In this document: piece by piece, positions 52,950 to 64,000 of the stretch
Layout: every line of letters starts with the position of its first letter
Position numbering within the stretch: position 1 is the first letter of the stretch
NCBI RefSeq assembly: GCF_018350175.1
Contig: NC_058368.1
Coordinates: forward strand, 63,118,001 to 63,182,000
Origin: Felis catus
Taxonomy: Eukaryota
Direction of reading: 5' to 3'
DNA length: 64,000 bases
Position numbers and translations under genes: made by a program
Notes under the pieces: generated by a model
Database searches by the model: none
Told to the model about the DNA's origin: nothing
The model's input: only the letters and a program-made list of their open reading frames with translations

Positions 52950-53530
52950 GTGATATGACAAACATGGAATATAGTACTTTTACTATATCTTTAAAGGTGA
53001 ATAGAATTTCTTTGCTCTATAGCAAAACCTAAGCATATTTCTCCTTCCTGTTGAGTCTTAGAATAGCAATCTCTTTGGAGACTGGTTGTCTGAAATTCTC
53101 TCTTGCATGACCATTCAGGCTTAACCATAATCCAACTAAAGCTGAGTCATTGATTGACACTAGGCACTGGGGCAGACCGATGAAATTCTCTGGTTTAAAG
53201 TTTAATGGAACAGATCTTTTGATCTCTGATTCTGTAAGGAATCTGAAGTTCATTTTCTCTCCCAGGTTTCTTGGTGCTACTACATTGTCACATAGGGATC
53301 TCATTTTCATGAGTAGAATGTAATATAGTGAGGTCCACATTGCTGAACAAAACAGCGATTCATATTCATGTTTTACGGAAGTTAACTTGATCACTATCAT
53401 ATCCAAGGGTACTTAATCTATCCAATACAAATGTGACATAAGGTATTCTAAGATCTAAGGTTGGACATGATGTCATATGAATATAAACTAAATAATAATC
53501 CCGGAATTCAACATTTACTCTCCTATTTCT
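52950..53530 (+). mobile_element. Highly decayed L2-clade LINE reverse-transcriptase/thumb region
   Basis: Translated blocks appear in the expected order: T*AYFSF (~TQLYLSF), DWLSEILSCMT (~CLSDISSWM), RLNHNPTKAESLI (~LKLNPSKTELLI), FNGTDLLISDSVRNLKFIF (~SVRNLGVIFD), S*LDHYH (~SRLDYCN). Confidence 0.7.
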
Positions 53531-55599
53531 GAAACACCCACAAAATCATTTTAATGTGCATATCAAAGCCTCAAAAAATGAAAAGAATGAAATAAAACCA
53601 TCCCTTAGTTTCTTATAGTCCGGTCTTTTTTTTTCTTATATCAGCTTCTACAAGCCCTGAGCAACATCTGAATCAATGAGGAAAGAGAAAATATAGCAAA
53701 TCATATTTCCCACTGCACAACTCATTTTGTAGTTCTCGTCTGCTCTCAAGGATGCAGTTACAGGACTGGTAAAACCTAGTTGAAGTTTCTCTGATTCTTC
53801 ATGTTTATCAAATTCTTTCCTTGACTACATGCACACATACACGGACATACAGATTTTTAGGTCCTTCCTGAGGTAGGCCAGATTGTTTCGCTCTTTATGC
53901 TAATCCAAGGTCCATGCCAGTTTAGAATGACTTCAAGTGCAAGACTAGTGAAGTAAAAAAAAAAAAAAAAACCCAGTTTTTCACTGCATTTCCTTCTATG
54001 TAGAATATTTTTATAACCCTCTACCCTCCCAGGTCCTTGCCAGCAAATTGAGAGATAAGATGCATTGGGACACTTCTTAAAAATTTCAATCATATTCAAA
54101 TAAGACAATTTTTGTCACAAAAAGACTTAATAAAATCGGTATAAAAATATAGTATAGAATTTCAAAACCTCAGTTAAACCTCAATTCCTCTCTAAGCATC
54201 GTCTATGAGGTTCCTTTTCTTGTAGTATTCTTAGACCAAAAGTGATCAAGTAATTGTTCTAACAGTTTTGGAGAGAGTGCAAACTGCTGATAAGGCCAAT
54301 AAAGCTGAGCTTTTAAACTTTTTGCATTTCAGTTGCATAATCAAAACCTGATGATAGCACATCACACACTCAAAGAACGCCATGGGCATTGCACACAAAA
54401 TGAAAATTAGTTCTAAAAGCCTTTTTGTTCTCTATGGCATAGGGTGCCCTTCTCCTGGCTACGTATATGCAAGAGGATCAGACACAAAATGGAAAAAAAT
54501 ATTATGACTGTGAGTGAAAGCAAAATCCAGGGAAAATGGAGAGCATTGAGGGTTGAAAAAGAAGAGTGAGCCGCTGTAATTAGCCCCAATGCTGCATGAA
54601 AATAAAAAACAAAACCACTTTAAAAAACATAAGCAGGCAAAATGCCAGCTCAAATAGTGACTAGGGCTGGTAACAAACGTTGGTAAATAATGAGCACTAT
54701 GAAAGTAAAAGAGCTTGGAGAAAAAGTTTGACCTCAGTTCCATTGGCTACATTTTTCGTAAGTTACCATCTGTAATAAAATTCATTCTGCTACATTACTT
54801 TTTACTTAAGACAGCATTTAATCCCAATAGTGGTTGTAAATAAAGGCAGAATGTATCATCACATACCCTACACGAAATAGACACATAAGGCAATTTTAAT
54901 TACCTTTTGTTTAGGGAAGAGTGAAATTTCCTGTGTTTATACATATTTTCATTTTAAGAAAATAGTGCAAGGGTAATCAAGATAGCGAAAGGGACTTCTC
55001 CCCAGTGCTCAGCATTGATTTCTGCCCTGCTTGAAACCTGGTTGCCTTAGTCAATTAAACAAACTGACCTTGCAAAAGTGTTAAATCAAAACTTGCCTAT
55101 GCATTTCTTATTTGTGCATACTGAAAGCTAGAACTCTTCCAACATGAAACCAAACATTATTATTGAAGGTTTCATGTTCACTTCTCTGACTTTAGGTGAA
55201 AATATGCTCAAGCCATGTTGGTAGGAAACACATACATGTTGTAATAATATGGCTCTGAACACATTTAAGGCAACCAATTTCTTGAAATAATTTGGGGTTT
55301 CTTCCAGATCTGTTTAAGACAGACACAGGGATAAAGATATCTTGGGACTGCCAGTGTGTTCCCTCAGTTTTATTTATCTACCCACAGCATCCACAGAGTT
55401 AATTTTTTTTTGCAAAAAGGGCTGTTCCTTTCATGTGACTATATGAACAGACTCCTATATATTCTAAGAGGTGTGTTTTATAGTGAAGGGAAAGACCAGG
55501 GAGTGACTCCAATGGCATTTTGAAATTCATGAGATAAGCCTGTGGTCATCATGAGTCTGACTAAAAGTCTCATCAATAGATGAGTGCAAAAAAAGCATC

Positions 55600-55800
55600 T
55601 CAAGTTGAGGACTATGAATGCCATAGCTGTCTCCATTTTTTCGTATTTTTCTTCTTGACCACTTGATAAATATTTGTTTATTGACTGATTTCCCCATTCG
55701 AATGTAAGAACCAAGAGGAAAGGAGTTTGTTTCATGCACTGATATATCCTCAATAGCTAGAATTCATTGGAGTTGCTCCACAAATATGTTGTAGATGACT
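55600..55800 (+). mobile_element. L2 3' end
   Basis: tttgtttattgactgatttccccattcgaatgtaag...cactgatatatcctcaatagctagaa...caaatatgttg. Confidence 0.65.
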
Positions 55801-56049
55801 GGAGAAAAACCAAAACTGATAACTTGTCATGCCTGAATTCTACATGTACCCCCCAAATTCTTCACTTTCTGAAAACTGCACTCTTGAAATCCTTAGGGTA
55901 CCTACAATTGTACATGGAATGACTGACACCAGTCCTTACTCTTGTCCGTCTCTCTATTGCACCTCCTATATATAATTACCAACTTCTCTTTTTAAAATTT
56001 TATTGGTTTCCATCATACTCCATTTCCCTTAATCCTTTTAATTATCTGA

Positions 56050-57100
56050 AAACTCATTCCCTTGTCCTTTACTGGATTCTTTATAAGATTAATTGTGGGA
56101 ATGCCCTAAGCATAGCCTTTGTTATATGACTCTTCTCGTCTTGTATCATCTCCATAAGAAGGTTGCCCACGCTCTTGTCTTCAATCTTCATTGATATGCT
56201 ATACATAGATATAGAAATACATAGATATTTTTCTACGGCAATTATATAGCTCCAAATTTTCTTTTTTTTATAAGAAACAAGATGGTGGGAGCTCCCATGG
56301 GTATTGCCCATTCCATTTCTTTCTCCAGACCTGCATATTTTCATTCATAGAGTCACTATTTTTTCTTTGTATTATTCCTAAGGTGAACAATATCTAATCA
56401 CTCACAAAATTTTATTCATTTTTTAATGCAACTAAACCTAACTGAAAATCTCTTGCCCCCATTTCCCTAATCTTGAGATGTGGTTCCTAGACACTTAACA
56501 GCATCTTTATGGCCTTCTTGCTTCACTGCACCCCTCTGCAATCTTTCTACAACTATTAGAGCCCTGCTTCAATCATACAACTCCCCTGCTGATTTTAAAA
56601 GAAGGCCCATCAATGATTATCAGAGTCTACATTCTTGGCACAGGTTTTAATGCCCATTACAAACAGGGTCCCAATCTCCCTTAACAGTTTTTCTCATAAC
56701 TGTCTTTCATGAATCACCATCTATACCCTATCCAGTCAACTTAATTGTGTTTTCTTACTTACATGTTTACTAATACTTCTCTGTGGAACAGTTTCTCAGT
56801 AATTTATATCTATTCTAATCTTACTCATTCTTCAAAAGACAGTTCAAATATAATTGCTTTCGTGACCTCCATTAAAAGCCCCCTGGCTAACAGAGCTGGA
56901 AATACTCTGCTCTCTGAGTACCTTAACATGATTTTATTACTCATTGAAGGTCTGTAATTTACTACATGGAATATGTTTCATCTTTTCATGAGTGTCTGCT
57001 TTCTGTCTTGTATTAAAATTCCTTGAGAGCAGATTCTGTGTGTTGCAGATCTATTAATTTTCCTTAGTTCCTGGCACATAGTACGAATGTATTCAATTAA
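56050..57100 (+). mobile_element. L2 fragment including its 3' end
   Basis: The + strand is pyrimidine-rich and ends in ttccttgagagcaga...ttcctggcacatagta. Confidence 0.6.
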
Positions 57101-58709
57101 TACAGATTGTGATTCATATGTTGAAATAAAAGATCTATTATCATATTTAATTCAATGGAGACCATTAATAGAGTGATTTACTTCATATTTAGGCATTATA
57201 ATGAGTTTCATGCATTTATATAAGAATCTAAGACTCCAACCTCTCTGGTATTCCATCCAGAAGAACAAAATTACATAATTTTCTTATCCTTTTGGCATAT
57301 GCATCATCATATGACTCCTATTCCAGTTCTCTAATCTTACAACAATTTTTAAAAGTCAGATTTCTGAGCAGTTGTTCAAGAAGTTATATTTAGGACTTTC
57401 AATTTTGTAATGTTCCCAATGAAACTGAACTATTATTAACTTCTAGGGTTTCTAAAATCATTCATATACTTATTTTTTTCTAAATTCATTGCTTCTATAA
57501 ATCACTGGAATATTCTAGTGACATTTACCCCATAAACAATACTGTCACCTATAAATTATCTACACTGGCGCAAGTTTGCCCCGCATGTATAGAAGCATCT
57601 GGGAACAAGAAAGGTGATCTATAGGAGGTGATGCCATCAAGGCCCATCTTAACCCCAAGTAGAAACTTAAACAGTGACTCAAGAAGCAAAATTGAATTTC
57701 ATTTATCTTTTCCAGCTGTCAAGGATGAATTTTCAATATGTTTCACTCAAATTTTCCTCTATTAGCATTAGAAATCTAAAAGCTCTAGTTTCCTTTATAT
57801 AAGCAAGAGATTGCTTGCCGTACACCTTTTCTCATCAAAATGTTACTTATAAAGAAGGAAAGGTCAAAGAATTTTATCTACATGTACCTTTGCGCAAATA
57901 AGTGCCTGCCACAAGATGCTGGAGTACTGATTTTAAGAAGAAAGATGAACGTATTTTATAGAGCCTTATGTACATACTAAAAATTACAAAAATCCTTAAT
58001 ATGTTATGCAAACATGGCACCTTCCAAATGTAACATTCAAGATTGTACTAATATTCTGGATTGCATATGAAAATTAAACATTCAGCAAAACTCTCCAATA
58101 TTTTTAATCCAATAAACAGGATTTTAATTCGACTCTTACTATTCTCCCCTCCACTTACTCCCTGCCTTTTACCTCCCCTGGCATGCTATCAACTGTATTA
58201 CAAGTTTGGCTGTGTCACAGGTATTTCTCTGTGTCTGACAATTGTCTGACTCCACATTCTTTTTTATTCACTTTGGAACATTTGTTTGTGTTTACTTCAT
58301 CTATCTGGTAACACCTGTCTCAAGAACTGCAACTATATCTTATTTGTCTTTGGACTTAAGGACATAGAAATATTAGAACACGGTTAGTGCCAAGTGTGTT
58401 TGCTAAATCAAACTGCATAAGAGAAAACGAGTGATCCTGCTCCAGAACTTCCTAAAAATGTGCAGTCTGCAGTTCGCTCCTGATCTTTTAAGCAAATTCT
58501 TGACACATCATTTCTGGGATCTCCCCTTAATTCTACTTCTGCCAACACCAACTCCTTATGCTACTCCCACCGTTTCCAAGAGTTAACTGCACATCCAAAA
58601 CTCACTGTTAATGGGACAGAGAAAGGTTGGGGCTTTTCACCTATTTTACCTTAAAGCCTCTGCTTACATCATTCTATATCCACTTCTACCTTAGAATAAA
58701 AATATCCTT

Positions 58710-58835
58710 GGGGAGCCTGGGTGGCTCAGTCAGTTGAGCGTCTGACTTCAGCTCAGGTCATGATCTCGCAGTCTGTGGGTTTGAGCCCTGCATTGGGCTC
58801 TGTGATGACAGCTTGGAGCCTGGAGCCTGTTTTGG

Positions 58836-58875
<40 letters not shown>

Positions 58876-58937
58876 CCTCCTCCGCTCATGCTCTGTCTTT
58901 CTCTCTCAAAAATAAATAAAGCTTAAAAATTTTTTAA
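58710..58937 (+). mobile_element. Can-SINE
   Basis: Head ggggagcctgggtggctcag, (CT)n and AATAAA tail. Confidence 0.95.
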
Positions 58938-59188
58938 ATGATAATTTAAAAAATCTCAAATACTTGGAAATTAAGTGACTTACTTCTAAGTAACCCAAAA
59001 TAGAAATTAGAAATTATTTTGTACTATAATGGTAAGAAAACACAACACATTAAACTATTTGAGATACAGATAAAATAGTGCTTAGAACAAAATTTACAAC
59101 AGCAGATGCATGTAGAAAGCACAAAACCCATGATCTATGCATTTAAAGAAGCTAGAAAAAGAGGAGTAAATTAAAATAAGATAAAGTA

Positions 59189-59693
59189 CCTCTTAATCTT
59201 GTTTACCCATTTCACCCATCCTTTCATCACCCCCCACCTTTTGGCAACTACCAGTTTATTCTCTGTATTTATGAGACTGTTTCTCTCCTTGATGTTGTTG
59301 TGTGTTTGTTCGGTTTTTGCTGTTGTTGCTTTTTGGATTCTACATATGAGTGAAATCATATGCTATTTGTCATTCTGTGTCTGGCTTATTCCACTCAGCA
59401 TAAAACCCTCTAAGTCCATCCATGTTGTTGCAAATGGCAAGATTTCCTTCCTGTGGCTGAGTAATATTGCACTGTGTATGACAGATGGCAAATATAGTTA
59501 TCATTGTGAGCATTGCTTGATGTATGGAGTCATTCATTCATTAGGTTGTATGCCTGAAATTAGTATACATTGTATGTCATCTGTACTTAAGTAAGAAAAA
59601 TAAAATAAAAGATTAACAGCAAATAAACAATAAAAATGAGCAAAGCATACCATATGTGAATTGTATCTCAATAAAACTATTTAAAATTAAACC
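59189..59693 (+). mobile_element. Carnivore L1 3' fragment with 5' inversion and probable 3' transduction
   Basis: A perfect 16-bp TSD aaaataagataaagta lies at 59173-59188 and 59694-59709. 59189-~59475 is antisense, ~59476-59610 is sense, and 59611-59693 is extra sequence. Confidence 0.9.
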
Positions 59694-59876
59694 AAAATAA
59701 GATAAAGTAAAAGGAAGAAGATAATAATAGCACATATCAATGTAATTGAGAAGAAATATATAATAGAGGAATTGAGCAAAGCCAAAGCTGGTTTTTTAAA
59801 ATGACTAACACAATTGATAAACTCCTACAAATACCTATCAAGAAAAAAAGAATATTACTAATAATCAACAAGTGAA

Positions 59877-60090
59877 GGGGAGCCTGAGTGACTCAGTTGG
59901 TTAAGTGCCCAACTTTTGGTTTTGGCTCAGGTCATGAACTCACAGTTTGTGAGTTTGAGCCCTGCGTGTGCTGGGCTGACAATACATGCAGCCTGCTTGG
60001 GATTCTCTCTCTCCCTCCCTCTCTGCCCCTCCCCTTCTCACTCTCTCTGTCTCTCTCTCAAAATAAATAAATAAACTTAAAAAAAATTTT
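59877..60090 (+). mobile_element. Can-SINE
   Basis: The short TSD aagtgaa lies at 59870-59876 and 60091-60097. Confidence 0.93.
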
Positions 60091-60277
60091 AAGTGAAAAG
60101 GAGATACACTACAGGCCCTACAGACATTAAAAAGGTAATAAAAGTATATTGCAAACAAATTCATACCAATAAATTTGAACAATAATGTAAATGTACAAAT
60201 TTCTTGACAACATAAATTTTAAAACTAACACAAGAATAAAAATAGAATTAGCTAATAAATTTTTAAATTTTCCTTTC

Positions 60278-60384
60278 TTTTAGAATATTTTTTTAAGTAA
60301 TCTCTGCACCCAGCATGGGGCTCAAACTCACAACCCCAAGATCCAGAGTTGCATACTCTACTGACTGAGCCAGCCAGGCACCCC
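60278..60384 (-). mobile_element. Short tRNA-derived carnivore SINE (SINEC_old-like)
   Basis: Antisense of ggggtgcctggctggctcagtcagtagagtatgcaactctggatcttgggg...gcagagattactta. Confidence 0.88.
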
Positions 60385-63300
60385 TATATTCTTAAAGTAT
60401 TTTTAAAATATTTCCATAAAATATGTTTTCAAGGAAGGATCAATATGTTTTATGAAATCATTTCAAACCCAACATCAAAACATGACATGGCCTTTATAAG
60501 AAAGGAAAATTACATGTCAAACTCTTCTATGATTATAGAAGTAAAAATTCCATCCAACATTATAGTAAACTGAATCCCTCAGAATAGAAAGCATTGATGC
60601 TGCAGTAGAACTTATTTTAGGAATAAAGGTTTCGTATAATAATTTAAAATCAATCACTGTCATTCACTATATTAATTGGGAAAAAACCATTCCAAGACAT
60701 ATAGAAAAAAATTATTTGATAAAATTCAAAGTTGATTCATCAAAATGTTTCATTTTGTTTTTTGTTTGTTTGTTTGTTTTTTGGGGTTTTTTTTGCAATA
60801 TAGTAATAAAGGGGTTCTTCCTAATTCTGGTAATGTGTATCACTTCCACATCAAAAAAACAAAAATAATTACTGTAGCCATAGCAGTCATTGTAATGCTT
60901 GGATCGTTATTGTTTAAAATCTGTAATTCCTAAAAGATGTTATTAAGAAGATGTTTAGTAGAAGAAATTTTTAGGCTTAGATATTTTCTAAATAGTTTAT
61001 TTTGAAATGTATAAAGTATCTACAAAAAGAGCAATAACGATTATCTTTTTCCATGAAAGCAAATAACATTCTACATTCTAGATTACTATGAAAAAAAGAT
61101 TTCTATAACAGTCTTTTCAAAAAAGCTGTATGAAAATCTAAAACCTTTAAGATATTTATTTTAGAAAACAATGAGTTTTTAACACTCCTTAATTTTATTG
61201 TACAAATAATATTCTTATTTCTCCACATTTCCCATCATTTAGTGATTAAAAATTAAACATTGTACAGGGTGAGGTATTTCTACTTTTTTGCATGTTACAT
61301 TCAATTTTTATTATTTTTACATGTATTTCTTTGAAAGATTCTCTAAGTTAAACTAATACAAAATTTTTAAAATGTATTCATTACTGTACTACTGTGTAAT
61401 ATCATAAAGTCTTTAGAAACTTCTAATTTTCTATCCAGTAATGTTTGAATTTTACTTAAGAATCTACAGATTCACTAAAAAATAAGAATTAAAAACATTA
61501 CTTAAAAAATAAATCAATATAACTTTAATTTATGAAATAAGGAATTTGTTATTGTCACATTACAATGTGGTCAATTTTAAGAACAAAACACTTGCTTAGA
61601 CATCAAATGCCCCTATTTTTCTCTAAATCCCCATGAGACCTAGTAAACCATTAATATATGTCAAAGTTCAATCCATCTGTAATATACATCATAAAAACTC
61701 AGTTCAAAAAGGAAATCATGAACATTTTAGTTACAAATGCAAAACCAAACAATTTAAAAAAAATATCTTGATCCAGAAGAATTTTCAGTGTGTCCCTAGG
61801 AGAAAGAAGTGGGATGGATAATTTCATATTTATTGATTACCGCGCTATAACTGCAAACAGCTAAACATTCAATGATGTCAAAGAAAAGTGCCAGCAGAAT
61901 ACAAACTTGAGCAGGTATTATGTGGTTCCTGTTCATAATCCTAGGACCTCATGCCTTGAAACTGGTACTTGTTATCTCTTTCTTACAATTGAAAAATAGT
62001 TTCCATGCTATCTTGGAAGATTTCCAAATAAAATGGGGATTTTCTTTATATAATCCGACCTGTAGTCAGATGTGTTAGAACATAGTTAATTTGCAAAAAC
62101 TTTTAAAGCTTTAATCCATTAGGAATGTATTGTGCCCTAATTTGTGTCACCCAATACCATATGGTTTTCCAGGACTCCCTCCAGAAAGTGTATGCATGTT
62201 TGTCTCATTGGCATTGGGTTTGGTTTATCCAAACGGTCCCAGCATCATTTATTCTTTCATCATTTCTTTCCATTGATTGAAAGTATTGACTTTATCTCAC
62301 AGTCTTCCACTAAAATATTTAATAAATTAATAATTATTAAATCATTATTAGTAAATATTTCATAATTATTGAGAAAATAAGTGAATAAATGATTGAATTT
62401 TACACTAAATTTTGACATATGCTTGTGTTTGCTACCAGGTCTTTCCATTTACTTCTATGAACCCAATCTATACACTAAATACTAAGTATGAATCAAAAAA
62501 TGAGCCAATAAATCTTTCTACTTTCATGGAGACTACAATGTATTACTTGTTATGGCTAATATTCAGATGAAATTTTATAAATTTATAAACATTGCTTAGT
62601 TTAACCCATGGCAATTTCCTAAAAAATAAATAAATAATAAGTATAGTTATTGCCTTATTGTTAATATGTATATGGCTTCATAGAAAACCTGTAAACACTT
62701 TGTACATTTTATCATTAGCTGATTTACAGTGAAATATTGATTCTTTTTGATATACTACACCAACACAAATACCAAGAAAAAGACATAGACTACCTGAGGT
62801 GAGAGTATAAAAATACAATATGTTTCTTCACTAAAGAACAAAGTGCAAGGTCAAGTACTGATCTTCTCAGAGTAGAATCCTTACCAGGCATCCAACTAAA
62901 GTCTGAGCAGAAATTAGAGAGGAAATCAATATTTCACCACTGAGTATTTTTAGAGTTTAAAATTATAGGACACAGAAGGCTCTGACACAGAGCAAGTGAA
63001 TGGTGCACAGTGTGTGTGTGTCTGAAATGTCTAAAAATGCTTCACTTGACAAAGCCTCAGAAGAGGTTATCCAGAGTGGCCAGCTTTGATAACTGCTTTT
63101 AACTTGTTTTTCCTTTAGATCTGGACACAGAGACAAAATGTTGTGTCCTGTGTAGGCAATGTCTACTAAAAATTACGTGCTTGCACCCAGTCCATTTTTT
63201 AAAATTTATTTCAATTACATGCAATGTCTTTCCCTTGTAAAATAATTAGAAAAATGCAAACTGGCTCAAAGGTGAAGTCTATTATTCAATAATTAGAAAT

Positions 63301-64000
63301 AATCACAGATAATATAATGGGCATGTCGAATTCATTGAGGTGTGTGACTTCACAAAATGGCTTGAGAACCTCAACTGACTTTATTTATATCACGATGGAA
63401 TTTCATAATGTAATTTTTAATGAAATTACAGTATTTTATTATATGGAGAACTATAATTTATTTAACAGTTCCCAACAACTCCAATGGGATATTGAAAAGA
63501 TATCCAGTGTGGTGCTTTTATAAGCCATCGTGTCATGAATGTCCTTGTAGTAATTTTTTTTATTTTATTGTATTATATTTTTATATTTTGAACAAGATAT
63601 AATGCTAGCAGAAAAAGCCCTGATAATTAAAGTGAAATAATCATCAGAGAAGTTAAAACAAGAAATTTTCCCATCTGGACCTAGAATTACTATTGCATTA
63701 TTAATATGCATTTTTATTACTTGAGTTGAATAAGTATATGTTGCTTGTCATTCTAATGCTTTTGTGAATTGCCTGTATATCTGGTGATAGATTATATTCT
63801 TGTTTCCAAATATTTGCTCCCTTTCTCTCTGTATAGATTGTATAACTCCACTTAATGCTTTTCGGGACGTCCTGCAGAAGACATATGCATCCCTGTTTCA
63901 TTGGCAGTGAGATCCCTGTGTGTTGTATATATGTTCAGTCTTCAATATAGTATGATGTTTTGACATCTAAACCTTTTCTGGTTAGGGAAAGATTACCCCT

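Larger units (their letters stand above)
58940..60750 (+). mobile_element. Old L1M ORF2 fragment, interrupted by a younger L1 and two SINEs
   Basis: caaatacttggaaattaa...aaaatagtgcttag...aagccaaagctggttttttaaaa...caaattgataaac...tttgataaaattcaa is decayed ORF2 in sense orientation. Confidence 0.8.

Noticed and set aside
53029..53406. 125-aa minus-strand ORF as a protein-coding gene
   Set aside because: It has a TTG start and no recognisable domain, lies antisense to a LINE fossil, and an open stretch this long is expected about once or twice by chance in six frames of 64 kb.

Overview
AT-rich mammalian genomic DNA from a carnivore, almost certainly a cat (Felidae). It carries 25 tRNA-derived Can-SINEs, several matching SINEC_Fc-type sequence, plus L1 3' ends of the felid/carnivore type. 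I find no protein-coding gene, RNA gene, CpG-island promoter or CRISPR-like array. The ORF track consists of SINE/L1/microsatellite readthroughs and chance ORFs. The window reads as intergenic or deep-intronic sequence built from layered repeats (old L2/MIR/HAL1-L1M, ERVL/MaLR/ERV1 solo LTRs, hAT and Tigger MITEs, younger Can-SINEs and L1s). I cannot support a new biological system. The best second-look items are: a Can-SINE with an apparent 3' transduction inside its TSD (33.4-33.7 kb); four twin-primed 5'-inverted L1s, one also with a 3' transduction (59.2-59.7 kb); a fossil L2-clade reverse-transcriptase segment still readable at protein level (~53 kb); a CpG-retaining hairpin cluster (36.1-36.35 kb); and a ~470-bp polypyrimidine expansion inside a SINE. 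Repeat family names come from remembered consensus sequences, not a database search, and boundaries of old repeats are approximate.
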